Source of the DNA: Mobula hypostoma
Lineage: Eukaryota
DNA length: 64,000 nucleotides
NCBI RefSeq assembly: GCF_963921235.1
Contig: NC_086097.1
Coordinates: forward strand, 109,804,001-109,868,000
Direction of reading: 5' to 3'
Shown: piece after piece, positions 15,301 through 30,300 of the stretch
How positions within the stretch are numbered: position 1 is the first letter of the stretch
Layout: each line of letters begins with the position of its first letter
Made by a program: the position numbers and the translations under genes
The notes under the pieces: generated by a model
Told to the model about the DNA's origin: nothing
Databases searched by the model: none
What the model saw: the letters and a program-made list of their open reading frames with translations, nothing else

Positions 15301-18300
15301 TATTCCACACATCCACTACATCCTGCGTAAAAATTCTACTTCTGACGTCAGCCCTCCAAACACCTTAAATGTTGCCAATCTCCCTGCCTCTGGTACTAAT
15401 CCTGGCAGGGCATTCCACACGTCCACTACACGATGTGTCAAAAATCTGCTTCTGACATCAGCCCTCCAAACACCATAAATGTTCCCAATCTCTCTACGCC
15501 GTTGACTAACCCTGGCAGGGCGTTCCACAAACGCCCTACACCCTGTTCTCAAAATCTACTTCTGACATCAGCCCTCCAAACACCTTAAATGTTCCCAATC
15601 TCTCTACCTCTATCACTAACCATGGCAGGGCATTCCACACACCCACTACAGCCTGTGTCCAAAATCTACTTCTGACATCAGCCCCCCAAACACCTTAAAA
15701 GTTTCCAATCTCTCTGCTTCTATCACTAACCGTGGCAGGGCATTCCACACCCCCACTGCACCCTGTGTCAAAAATCTACTTCTGACATCAGCCCTCCAAA
15801 CACCTTAAATGTTCCCAATCTCTTTACTTCTCTCACTAACCCTGGTAGAGCATTCCACACGTCCACTGCACCCTGCGTAAACAATCTACTTCTGACATAA
15901 GCACTGCAAACTCCTTAATTGTTCCCAGTCTCTCTGCCTTTGTCACTAACCCCGGCAGGGCATTCCACACGTCCACTACACTGTGTCAAAAATCTGCTTC
16001 TGACATCAGTGCTCTGAACACCTTAAATCTTCCCAATCTCACTACCTCCTTCACTAACACTGCAGGGCATTCCACACACCCACTACACCCTGCGTCAAAT
16101 ATCTACTTCTGTCATCAGCCCTCCAAACACCTTAGATTTTCCCAATCTCTCTTCCTCCATCACTAACCCTGGCAGGGCATTCCACACATCCACTACACAC
16201 TGTATCAAAAATCTGCTTCTGACATCAGCCCCCCAAACACCTTAAATGTTCCCAATCTCTCTGCCTCCCACCCTAACCCTTGCAGGATATTCCACACATC
16301 CACTACACCCTGCGTAAAAATTCTACTTCTGACGTCAGCCCTCCAAACACCTTAAATGTTCCCAATCTCCCTGCCTCTGGTACTAATCCTGGAAGGGCAT
16401 TCCACACGTCCACTACACGCTGTGTCAAAAATCTGCTTCTGACATCAGCACTCCAAACACCATAAATGTTCCCAATCTCTCTGCGCCGTTGACTAACCCT
16501 GGCAGGGCGTTCCACACACGCACTACACCCTGTTCTCAAAATCTACTTCTGACATCAGACTTCCAAACACTTGAAATGTTTCCAATCTCTCTGCCTCTAT
16601 CACGAACCCTGGCAGGGCATTCCACACATCCACGACACCCTGTGTCAAAATTCTGCTTCTCACATCAGACTTCCAAACACCATAAATCTTCCAAATCTCT
16701 CTACCTCTATCACAAACCCTGGCAGGGCATTCCACACGTCCACTACACCCTGTGTCAAAAATCTGCTTCTAACATCAGACTTCCAAACACCTTAAAGTTC
16801 CCAATCTCTCTGCCTCTGTCAATAACCCTGGGAGGGCATTCCACACGTCCACTACACCCTGTGTCAAATATCTGCTTCTGACATCAGCCCTCCAAACACC
16901 TGAAATGTTTACAATCTCTCTACCTCTATCACTAACCCTGGCAGGGCATTCCACACACCCACTACACACTGTGTCAAAAATCTGCTTCTGACATCAGCCC
17001 TCCAAGCACCCTTAATCTTCCCAATCTCTCTGCCTCTGTCACCCACCCCGGCAGGGCATTCCACACGTCCACTACACCCTGCGTTAAAAATCTACTTCTG
17101 ACATCAGTACTCCAAACTCCTTAAATGTTCCCAATATCTCTGCCTCTATCATTAACCATGGCAGGACATTTCACACACCCATTAAACACTGTGTCAAAAA
17201 TCTGCTTCTGACATCATCCCTCCAAACACCCTTAATCTTCCCAATCTCTCTGCCTCTGGCACTAACCCAGGCAGGGCGTTCCACACACCCACGACACCCT
17301 TTGTCAAAAATCTACTTCTGACATCAGCCCTCCAAACACCTTAATTATTCCCAATCTCTCTGCCTCTTTCACTAACCCTGGTAGGGCATTCCACACGTCC
17401 ACTACACCCTGCGAACACAATCTACTTCTGACATCAGCCCTCCAAACTCCTTAATTCTTCCCAGTCTCTCTGTCTCTGTCACTAACCCCGGCAGGGCATT
17501 CCACACGTCCACTACACCGTGTCAAAGATCTGCTTCTAACATCAGCCGTGCAAACACTTTAAATCTTCCCAATCTCACTACCTCTATCACTAACACTGGC
17601 AGGGCATTCCACACACCCACCACACCCTGCGTCAAATATCTACTTCTGCCATCAGCCCTCCAAACACATTACATGTTCCCAATCTCTCTTCCTCCGTCAC
17701 TAACCCTGGCAGGGCATTCCACACGTCCACTACACACTGTATCAAAACTCTGCTTCTGACATCAGCCCCCCAAACACCTTAAATGCTCCCAATCTCTCTG
17801 CCTCCCACCCTAACCCTTGCAGGATATTCCACACATCCACTACATCCTGCGTAAAAATTCTACTTCTGACGTCAGCCCTCCAAACACCTTAAATGTTGCC
17901 AATCTCCCTGCCTCTGGTACTAATCCTGGCAGGGCATTCCACACGTCCACTACACGATGTGTCAAAAATCTGCTTCTGACATCAGCCCTCCAAACACCAT
18001 AAATGTTCCCAATCTCTCTACGCCGTTGACTAACCCTGGCAGGGCGTTCCACAAACGCCCTACACCCTGTTCTCAAAATCTACTTCTGACATCAGCCCTC
18101 CAAACACCTTAAATGTTCCCAATCTCTCTACCTCTATCACTAACCATGGCAGGGCATTCCACACACCCACTACAGCCTGTGTCCAAAATCTACTTCTGAC
18201 ATCAGCCCCCCAAACACCTTAAAAGTTTCCAATCTCTCTGCTTCTATCACTAACCGTGGCAGGGCATTCCACACCCCCACTGCACCCTGTGTCAAAAATC

Positions 18301-21300
18301 TACTTCTGACATCAGCCCTCCAAACACCTTAAATGTTCCCAATCTCTGTACTTCTCTCACTAACCCTGGTAGAGCATTCCACACGTCCACTGCACCCTGC
18401 GTAAACAATCTACTTCTGACATAAGCACTGCAAACTCCTTAATTGTTCCCAGTCTCTCTGCCTTTGTCACTAACCCCGGCAGGGCATTCCACACGTCCAC
18501 TACACTGTGTCAAAAATCTGCTTCTGACATCAGTGCTCTGAACACCTTAAATCTTCCCAATCTCACTACCTCCTTCACTAACACTGCAGGGCATTCCACA
18601 CACCCACTACACCCTGCGTCAAATATCTACTTCTGTCATCAGCCCTCCAAACACCTTAGATTTTCCCAATCTCTCTTCCTCCATCACTAACCCTGGCAGG
18701 GCATTCCACACGTCCACTACACACTGTATCAAAAATCTGCTTCTGACATCAGCCCTCCAAACACCTTAAATGCTTCCAATCTATCTGCCTCCCTCCCTAA
18801 CCCTAGCAGGGCATTCCACACGTCCACTACACCCTGCGTAAAAATTCTACTTCTGACGTCAGCCCTCCAAACACCTTAAATGTTCCCAATCTCACTGCCT
18901 CTGGTACTAATCCTGGCAGGGCATTCCACACGTCCACTACACCCTGTGTCAAAAATCTACTTCGGACATCAGCCCTCCAAACACCTTAAATGTTCCCAAT
19001 CTCTCTACCTCTATCACTGACCCTGGCAGGGCATTCCACACGTCCACTACACCCTGTGTCAAAAATCTACTTCGGACATCAGCCCTCCAAACACCTTAAA
19101 TGTTCCCAGTCTCTCTGCTTCTCTCACTAACCCTGGCAGGGCATTCCACACACCCACTGCACCCTGTGTTCAAAATCTACTTCTGACATCAGACTTCCAA
19201 ACACCTGAAATGTTTCCAATCTCTCTGCCTCTATCACGAACCCTGGCAGGGCATTCCACACGTCCACGACACCCTGTGTCAAAATTCTGCTTCTCACATC
19301 AGACTTCCAAACACCATAAATCTTCCAAATCTCTCTACCTCTATCACAAACCCTGGCAGGGCATTCCACACGTCCACTACACCCTGTGTCAAAAATCTGC
19401 TTCTGACATCAGAATTCCAAACACCTTAAAGTTCCCAATCTCTCTGCCTCTGTCAATAACCCTGGGAGGGCATTCCACACGTCCACTACACGCTGTGTCA
19501 AAAATCTGCTTCTGACATCAGCCGTCCAAGCACCCTTAAATGTTCCCAATCACTCTGCCTCTAGCACTAACCCTGGCAGGGCGTTCCACACACCCACTAC
19601 AACCTGTGTCCAAAATCTACTTCTGACATCAGCCCCCCAAACACCTTAAATGTTCCCAATCTCTCTGCTTCTATCATTAACCGTGGTGTGGCACTCCACA
19701 CGTCCACTGCACCCTGCGTAAACAATCTACTTCTGACATCAGTACTCCAAACTCCTTAAATGTTCCCAATATCTCTGCCTCTATCGTTAACCATGGCAGG
19801 GCATTTCACACACCCATTAAACACTGTGTCAAAAATCTGCTTCTGACATCATCCCTCCAAACACCCTTAATCTTCCCAATCTCTCTGCCTCTGGCACTAA
19901 CCCAGGCAGGGCGTTCCACACACCCACTACACCCTTTGTCAAAAATCTTCTTCTGACATCAGCCCTCCAAACACCTTAATTATTCCCAGTCTCTCTGCCT
20001 CTTTCACTAACCCTGGTAGGGCATTCCACACGTCCACTACACCCTGCGAACACAATCTACTTCTGACATCAGCCCTCCAAACACCTTAAATGCTCCCAAT
20101 CACTCTGCCTCTATCACTAACCCTTGCAGGGCATTCCACACATCTACTACACCAGGTGTCAAAAATCTACTTCTGACATCAGACCTCTAAACACCTTAAA
20201 TCTTCCCAATCTCTCTGCCTCTGGCACTAACTGTGGCAGGGCATTCCACACACCCACTACACCCGGTATCCAAAATCTAGTTCTGACATCAGCCCTCCAA
20301 ATACCTTAAATGTTCCCAATCGCTCTGCCTCTGTCACGAACCCTGGCAGGGCATTCCACATGTCCACTACACACTGTGTCAAAAATCTGCTTCTGACATC
20401 AGCCCTCCAAACACCATAAATCTTCCAAATCTCTCTACCTCTATCACTAACACTGGCAGGGCATTTCACACGTCCACTACACCCTGTGTCAAAAATCTGC
20501 TTCTGACATCAGCCCTCCAAAGACCTTAAATGTTGACAATCTCTCTACCTCTATCACTAACCCTGGCAGGGCATTCCACACACCCACCACACCCTGCGTC
20601 AAATATCTACTTCTGCCATCAGCCCTCCAAACACCATAAATCTTCCAAATCTCTCTACCTCTATCACTAACACTGGCAGGGCATTTCACACGTCCACTAC
20701 ACCCTGTGTCAAAAATCTGCTTCTGACATCAGCCCTCCAAACACCATAAATCTTCCAAATCTCTCTACCTCTATCACTAACACTGGCAGGGCATTTCACA
20801 CGTCCACTACACCCTGCGTCAAATATCTACTTCTGCCATCAGACCTCCAAACACATTATATGTTCCCAATCTCTCTTCCTCCATCACTAACCCTGGCAGG
20901 GCATTCCACACATCCACTACACACTGTATCAAAAATCTGCTTCTGACATCAGCCCCCCAAACACCTTAAATGTTCCCAATCTCTCTGCCTCCCACCCTAA
21001 CCCTTGCAGGATATTCCACACATCCACTACACCCTGCGTAAAAATTCTACTTCTGACGTCAGCCCTCCAAACACCTTAAATGTTCCCAATCTCCCTGCCT
21101 CTGGTACTAATCCTGGAAGGGCATTCCACACGTCCACTACACGCTGTGTCAAAAATCTGCTTCTGACATCAGCACTCCAAACACCATAAATGTTCCCAAT
21201 CTCTCTGCGCCGTTGACTAACCCTGGCAGGGCGTTCCACACACGCACTACACCCTGTTCTCAAAATCTACTTCTGACATCAGACTTCCAAACACTTGAAA

Positions 21301-24300
21301 TGTTTCCAATCTCTCTGCCTCTATCACGAACCCTGGCAGGGCATTCCACACATCCACGACACACTGTGTCAAAATTCTGCTTCTCACATCAGACTTCCAA
21401 ACACCATAAATCTTCCAAATCTCTCTACCTCTATCACAAACCCTGGCAGGGCATTCCACACGTCCACTACACCCTGTGTCAAAAATCTGCTTCTAACATC
21501 AGACTTCCAAACACCTTAAAGTTCCCAATCTCTCTGCCTCTGTCAATAACCCTGGGAGGGCATTCCACACGTCCACTACACTCTGTGTCAAAAATCTGCT
21601 TCTGACATCAGCCATCCAAGCACCCTTAAATGTTCCCAATCACTCTGCCTCTAGCACTAACCCTGGCAGGGCGTTCCACACACCCACTACAACCTGTGTC
21701 CAAAATCTACTTCTGAGACATCAGCCCCCCAAACACCTTAAATGTTCCCAATCTCTCTGCTTCTATCATTAACCGTGGTGTGGCACTCCACACGTCCACT
21801 GCACCCTGCGTAAACAATCTACTTCTGACATCAGCCCTCCAAACTCCTTAATTGTTCCCAGTCTCTCTGCCTCTGTCACTAACCCCGGCAGGGCATTCCA
21901 CACGTCCACTACACCCTGTGTCAAATATCTGCTTCTGACATCAGCCCTCCAAACACCTGAAATGTTTACAATCTCTCTACCTCTATCACTAACCCTGGCA
22001 GGGCATTCCACACACCCACTACACACTGTGTCAAAAATCTGCTTCTGACATCAGCCCTCCAAGCACCCTTAATCTTCCCAATCTCTCTGCCTCTGTCACC
22101 CACCCCGGCAGGGCATTCCACACGTCCACTACACCTTGCGTTAAAAATCTACTTCTGACATAAGTACTCCAAACTCCTTAAATGTTCCCAATATCTCTGC
22201 CTCTATCATTAACCATGGCAGGACATTTCACACACCCATTAAACACTGTGTCAAAAATCTGCTTCTGACATCATCCCTCCAAACACCCTTAATCTTCCCA
22301 ATCTCTCTGCCTCTGGCACTAACCCAGGCAGGGCGTTCCACACACCCACGACACCCTTTGTCAAAAATCTACTTCTGACATCAGCCCTCCAAACACCTTA
22401 ATTATTCCCAATCTCTCTGCCTCTTTCACTAACCCTGGTAGGGCATTCCACACGTCCACTACACCCTGCGAACACAATCTACTTCTGACATCAGCCCTCC
22501 AAACTCCTTAATTCTTCCCAGTCTCTCTGTCTCTGTCACTAACCCCGGCAGGGCATTCCACACGTCCACTACACCGTGTCAAAGATCTGCTTCTAACATC
22601 AGCCGTGCAAACATTTTAAATCTTCCCAATCTCACTACCTCTATCACTAACACTGGCAGGGCATTCCACACACCCACCACACCCTGCGTCAAATATCTAC
22701 TTCTGCCATCAGCCCTCCAAACACATTACATGTTCCCAATCTCTCTTCCTCCGTCACTAACCCTGGCAGGGCATTCCACACGTCCACTACACGATGTGTC
22801 AAAACTCTGCTTCTGACATCAGCCCCCCAAACACCTTAAATGCTCCCAATCTCTCTGCCTCCCACCCTAACCCTTGCAGGATATTCCACACATCCACTAC
22901 ATCCTGCGTAAAAATTCTACTTCTGACGTCAGCCCTCCAAACACCTTAAATGTTGCCAATCTCCCTGCCTCTGGTACTAATCCTGGCAGGGCATTCCACA
23001 CGTCCACTACACGATGTGTCAAAAATCTGCTTCTGACATCAGCCCTCCAAACACCATAAATGTTCCCAATCTCTCTACGCCGTTGACTAACCCTGGCAGG
23101 GCGTTCCACAAACGCCCTACACCCTGTTCTCAAAATCTACTTCTGACATCAGCCCTCCAAACACCTTAAATGTTCCCAATCTCTCTACCTCTATCACTAA
23201 CCATGGCAGGGCATTCCACACACCCACTACAGCCTGTGTCCAAAATCTACTTCTGACATCAGCCCCCCAAACACCTTAAAAGTTTCCAATCTCTCTGCTT
23301 CTATCACTAACCGTGGCAGGGCATTCCACACCCCCACTGCACCCTGTGTCAAAAATCTACTTCTGACATCAGCCCTCCAAACACCTTAAATGTTCCCAAT
23401 CTCTTTACTTCTCTCACTAACCCTGGTAGAGCATTCCACACGTCCACTGCACCCTGCGTAAACAATCTACTTCTGACATAAGCACTGCAAACTCCTTAAT
23501 TGTTCCCAGTCTCTCTGCCTTTGTCACTAACCCCGGCAGGGCATTCCACACGTCCACTACACTGTGTCAAAAATCTGCTTCTGACATCAGTGCTCTGAAC
23601 ACCTTAAATCTTCCCAATCTCACTACCTCCTTCACTAACACTGCAGGGCATTCCACACACCCACTACACCCTGCGTCAAATATCTACTTCTGTCATCAGC
23701 CCTCCAAACACCTTAGATTTTCCCAATCTCTCTTCCTCCATCACTAACCCTGGCAGGGCATTCCACACGTCCACTACACACTGTATCAAAAATCTGCTTC
23801 TGACATCAGCCCTCCAAACACCTTAAATGCTTCCAATCTATCTGCCTCCCTCCCTAACCCTAGCAGGGCATTCCACACGTCCACTACACCCTGCGTAAAA
23901 ATTCTACTTCTGACGTCAGCCCTCCAAACACCTTAAATGTTCCCAATCTCCCTGCCTCTGGTACTAATCCTGGCAGGGCATTCCACACGTCCACTACACC
24001 CTGTGTCAAAAATCTACTTCGGACATCAGCCCTCCAAACACCTTAAATGTTCCCAATCTCTCTACCTCTATCACTGACCCTGGCAGGGCATTCCACACGT
24101 CCACTACACCCTGTGTCAAAAATCTACTTCGGACATCAGCCCTCCAAACACCTTAAATGTTCCCAGTCTCTCTGCTTCTCTCACTAACCCTGGCAGGGCA
24201 TTCCACACACCCACTGCACCCTGTGTTCAAAATCTACTTCTGACATCAAACTTCCAAACACCTGAAATGTTTCCAATCTCTCTGCCTCTATCACGAACCC

Positions 24301-27300
24301 TGGCAGGGCATTCCACACGTCCACGACACCCTGTGTCAAAATTCTGCTTCTCACATCAGACTTCCAAACACCATAAGTCTTCCAAATCTCTCTACCTCTA
24401 TCACAAACCCTGGCAGGGCATTCCACACGTCCACTACACCCTGTGTCAAAAATCTGCTTCTGACATCAGAATTCCAAACACCTTAAAGTTCCCAATCTCT
24501 CTGCCTCTGTCAATAACCCTGGGAGGGCATTCCACACGTCCACTACACGCTGTGTCAAAAATCTGCTTCTGACATCAGCCGTCCAAGCACCCTTAAATGT
24601 TCCCAATCACTCTGCCTCTAGCACTAACCCTGGCAGGGCGTTCCACACACCCACTACAACCTGTGTCCAAAATCTACTTCTGACATCAGCCCCCCAAACA
24701 CCTTAAATGTTCCCAATCTCTCTGCTTCTATCATTAACCGTGGTGTGGCACTCCACACGTCCACTGCACCCTGCGTAAACAATCTACTTCTGACATCAGT
24801 ACTCCAAACTCCTTAAATGTTCCCAATATCTCTGCCTCTATCGTTAACCATGGCAGGGCATTTCACACACCCATTAAACACTGTGTCAAAAATCTGCTTC
24901 TGACATCATCCCTCCAAACACCCTTAATCTTCCCAATCTCTCTGCCTCTGGCACTAACCCAGGCAGGGCGTTCCACACACCCACGACACCCTTTGTCAAA
25001 AATCTTCTTCTGACATCAGCCCTCCAAACACCTTAATTATTCCCAGTCTCTCTGCCTCTTTCACTAACCCTGGTAGGGCATTCCACACGTCCACTACACC
25101 CTGCGAACACAATCTACTTCTGACATCAGCCCTCCAAACACCTTAAATGCTCCCAATCACTCTGCCTCTATCACTAACCCTTGCAGGGCATTCCACACAT
25201 CTACTACACCAGGTGTCAAAAATCTACTTCTGACATCAGACCTCTAAACACCTTAAATCTTCCCAATCTCTCTGCCTCTGGCACTAACTGTGGCAGGGCA
25301 TTCCACACACCCACTACACCCGGTATCCAAAATCTAGTTCTGACATCAGCCCTCCAAATACCTTAAATGTTCCCAATCGCTCTGCCTCTGTCACGAACCC
25401 TGGCAGGGCATTCCACACACCCACCACACCCTGCGTCAAATATCTACTTCTGCCATCAGCCCTCCAAACACATTATATGTTCCCAATCTCTCTTCCTCCA
25501 TCACTAACCCTGGCAGGGCATTCCACACATCCACTACACACTGTATCAAAAATCTGCTTCTGACATCAGCCCTCCAAACACCATAAATCTTCCAAATCTC
25601 TCTACCTCTATCACTAACACTGGCAGGGCATTTCACACGTCCACTACACCCTGTGTCAAAAATCTGCTTCTGACATCAGCCCTCCAAACACCATAAATCT
25701 TCCAAATCTCTCTACCTCTATCACTAACACTGGCAGGGCATTTCACACGTCCACTACACCCTGCGTCAAATATCTACTTCTGCCATCAGACCTCCAAACA
25801 CATTATATGTTCCCAATCTCTCTTCCTCCATCACTAACCCTGGCAGGGCATTCCACACATCCACTACACACTGTATCAAAAATCTGCTTCTGACATCAGC
25901 CCCCCAAACACCTTAAATGTTCCCAATCTCTCTGCCTCCCACCCTAACCCTTGCAGGATATTCCACACATCCACTACACCCTGCGTAAAAATTCTACTTC
26001 TGACGTCAGCCCTCCAAACACCTTAAATGTTCCTAATCTCCCTGCCTCTGGTACTAATCCTGGAAGGGCATTCCACACGTCCACTACACGCTGTGTCAAA
26101 AATCTGCTTCTGACATCAGCACTCCAAACACCATAAATGTTCCCAATCTCTCTGCGCCGTTGACTAACCCTGGCAGGGCGTTCCACACACGCACTACACC
26201 CTGTTCTCAAAATCTACTTCTGACATCAGACTTCCAAACACTTGAAATGTTTCCAATCTCTCTGCCTCTATCACGAACCCTGGCAGGGCATTCCACACAT
26301 CCACGACACACTGTGTCAAAATTCTGCTTCTCACATCAGACTTCCAAACACCATAAATCTTCCAAATCTCTCTACCTCTATCACAAACCCTGGCAGGGCA
26401 TTCCACACGTCCACTACACCCTGTGTCAAAAATCTGCTTCTAACATCAGACTTCCAAACACCTTAAAGTTCCCAATCTCTCTGCCTCTGTCAATAACCCT
26501 GGGAGGGCATTCCACACGTCCACTACACTCTTTGTCAAAAATCTGCTTCTGACATCAGCCGTCCAAGCACCCTTAAATGTTCCCAATCACTCTGCCTCTA
26601 GCACTAACCCTGGCAGGGCGTTCCACACACCCACTACAACCTGTGTCCAAAATCTACTTCTGACATCAGCCCCCCAAACACCTTAAATGTTCCCAATCTC
26701 TCTGCTTCTATCATTAACCGTGGTGTGGCACTCCACACGTCCACTGCACCCTGCGTAAACAATCTACTTCTGACATCAGCCCTCCAAACTCCTTAATTGT
26801 TCCCAGTCTCTCTGCCTCTGTCACTAACCCCGGCAGGGCATTCCACACGTCCACTACACCCTGTGTCAAATATCTGCTTCTGACATCAGCCCTCCAAACA
26901 CCTGAAATGTTTACAATCTCTCTACCTCTATCACTAACCCTGGCAGGGCATTCCACACACCCACTACACACTGTGTCAAAAATCTGCTTCTGACATCAGC
27001 CCTCCAAGCACCCTTAATCTTCCCAATCTCTCTGCCTCTGTCACCCACCCCGGCAGGGCATTCCACACGTCCACTACACCTTGCGTTAAAAATCTACTTC
27101 TGACATAAGTACTCCAAACTCCTTAAATGTTCCCAATATCTCTGCCTCTATCATTAACCATGGCAGGACATTTCACACACCCATTAAACACTGTGTCAAA
27201 AATCTGCTTCTGACATCATCCCTCCAAACACCCTTAATCTTCCCAATCTCTCTGCCTCTGGCACTAACCCAGGCAGGGCGTTCCACACACCCACGACACC

Positions 27301-30300
27301 CTTTGTCAAAAATCTACTTCTGACATCAGCCCTCCAAACACCTTAATTATTCCCAATCTCTCTGCCTCTTTCACTAACCCTGGTAGGGCATTCCACACGT
27401 CCACTACACCCTGCGAACACAATCTACTTCTGACATCAGCCCTCCAAACTCCTTAATTCTTCCCAGTCTCTCTGTCTCTGTCACTAACCCCGGCAGGGCA
27501 TTCCACACGTCCACTACACCGTGTCAAAGATCTGCTTCTAACATCAGCCGTGCAAACACTTTAAATCTTCCCAATCTCACTACCTCTATCACTAACACTG
27601 GCAGGGCATTCCACACACCCACCACACCCTGCGTCAAATATCTACTTCTGCCATCAGCCCTCCAAACACATTACATGTTCCCAATCTCTCTTCCTCCGTC
27701 ACTAACCCTGGCAGGGCATTCCACACGTCCACTACACACTGTATCAAAACTCTGCTTCTGACATCAGCCCCCCAAACACCTTAAATGCTCCCAATCTCTC
27801 TGCCTCCCACCCTAACCCTTGCAGGATATTCCACACATCCACTACATCCTGCGTAAAAATTCTACTTCTGACGTCAGCCCTCCAAACACCTTAAATGTTC
27901 CCAATCTCCCTGCCTCTGGTACTAATCCTGGCAGGGCATTCCACACGTCCACTACACGATGTGTCAAAAATCTGCTTCTGACATCAGCCCTCCAAACACC
28001 ATAAATGTTCCCAATCTCTCTACGCCGTTGACTAACCCTGGCAGGGCGTTCCACAAACGCCCTACACCCTGTTCTCAAAATCTACTTCTGACATCAGCCC
28101 TCCAAACACCTTAAATGTTCCCAATCTCTCTACCTCTATCACTAACCATGGCAGGGCATTCCACACACCCACTACAGCCTGTGTCCAAAATCTACTTCTG
28201 ACATCAGCCCCCCAAACACCTTAAAAGTTTCCAATCTCTCTGCTTCTATCACTAACCGTGGCAGGGCATTCCACACCCCCACTGCACCCTGTGTCAAAAA
28301 TCTACTTCTGACATCAGCCCTCCAAACACCTTAAATGTTCCCAATCTCTTTACTTCTCTCACTAACCCTGGTAGAGCATTCCACACGTCCACTGCACCCT
28401 GCGTAAACAATCTACTTCTGACATAAGCACTGCAAACTCCTTAATTGTTCCCAGTCTCTCTGCCTTTGTCACTAACCCCGGCAGGGCATTCCACACGTCC
28501 ACTACACTGTGTCAAAAATCTGCTTCTGACATCAGTGCTCTGAACACCTTAAATCTTCCCAATCTCACTACCTCCTTCACTAACACTGCAGGGCATTCCA
28601 CACACCCACTACACCCTGCGTCAAATATCTACTTCTGTCATCAGCCCTCCAAACACCTTAGATTTTCCCAATCTCTCTTCCTCCATCACTAACCCTGGCA
28701 GGGCATTCCACACGTCCACTACACACTGTATCAAAAATCTGCTTCTGACATCAGCCCTCCAAACACCTTAAATGCTTCCAATCTCTCTGCCTCCCTCCCT
28801 AACCCTAGCAGGGCATTCCACACGTCCACTACACCCTGCGTAAAAATTCTACTTCTGACGTCAGCCCTCCAAACACCTTAAATGTTCCCAATCTCCCTGC
28901 CTCTGGTACTAATCCTGGCAGGGCATTCCACACGTCCACTACACCCTGTGTCAAAAATCTACTTCGGACATCAGCCCTCCAAACACCTTAAATGTTCCCA
29001 ATCTCTCTACCTCTATCACTGACCCTGGCAGGGCATTCCACACGTCCACTACACCCTGTGTCAAAAATCTACTTCGGACATCAGCCCTCCAAACACCTTA
29101 AATGTTCCCAGTCTCTCTGCTTCTCTCACTAACCCTGGCAGGGCATTCCACACACCCACTGCACCCTGTGTTCAAAATCTACTTCTGACATCAGACTTCC
29201 AAACACCTGAAATGTTTCCAATCTCTCTGCCTCTATCACGAACCCTGGCAGGGCATTCCACACGTCCACGACACCCTGTGTCAAAATTCTGCTTCTCACA
29301 TCAGACTTCCAAACACCATAAATCTTCCAAATCTCTCTACCTCTATCACAAACCCTGGCAGGGCATTCCACACGTCCACTACACCCTGTGTCAAAAATCT
29401 GCTTCTGACATCAGAATTCCAAACACCTTAAAGTTCCCAATCTCTCTGCCTCTGTCAATAACCCTGGGAGGGCATTCCACACGTCCACTACACGCTGTGT
29501 CAAAAATCTGCTTCTGACATCAGCCGTCCAAGCACCCTTAAATGTTCCCAATCACTCTGCCTCTAGCACTAACCCTGGCAGGGCGTTCCACACACCCACT
29601 ACAACCTGTGTCCAAAATCTACTTCTGACATCAGCCCCCCAAACACCTTTAATGTTCCCAATCTCTCTGCTTCTATCATTAACCGTGGTGTGGCACTCCA
29701 CACGTCCACTGCACCCTGCGTAAACAATCTACTTCTGACATCAGTACTCCAAACTCCTTAAATGTTCCCAATATCTCTGCCTCTATCGTTAACCATGGCA
29801 GGGCATTTCACACACCCATTAAACACTGTGTCAAAAATCTGCTTCTGACATCATCCCTCCAAACACCCTTAATCTTCCCAATCTCTCTGCCTCTGGCACT
29901 AACCCAGGCAGGGCGTTCCACACACCCACGACACCCTTTGTCAAAAATCTTCTTCTGACATCAGCCCTCCAAACACCTTAATTATTCCCAGTCTCTCTGC
30001 CTCTTTCACTAACCCTGGTAGGGCATTCCACACGTCCACTACACCCTGCGAACACAATCTACTTCTGACATCAGCCCTCCAAACTCCTTAATTCTTCCCA
30101 GTCTCTCTCTCTCTGTCACTAACACCGGCAGGGCATTCCACACGTCCACTACACCGTGTCAAAGATCTGCTTCTAACATCAGCCCTGCAAACACCTTAAA
30201 TCTTCCCAATCTCACTACCTCTATCACTAACACTGGCAGGGCATTCCACACACCCACCACACCCTGCGTCAAATATCTACTTCTGCCATCAGCCCTCCAA

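Noticed and set aside
21711..21722. Unique 2-bp insertion TTCTGAGACATC in one HOR-B copy
   Set aside because: It is a single slippage event or sequencing error. It explains the 4,947 vs 4,945 spacing but has no further significance.
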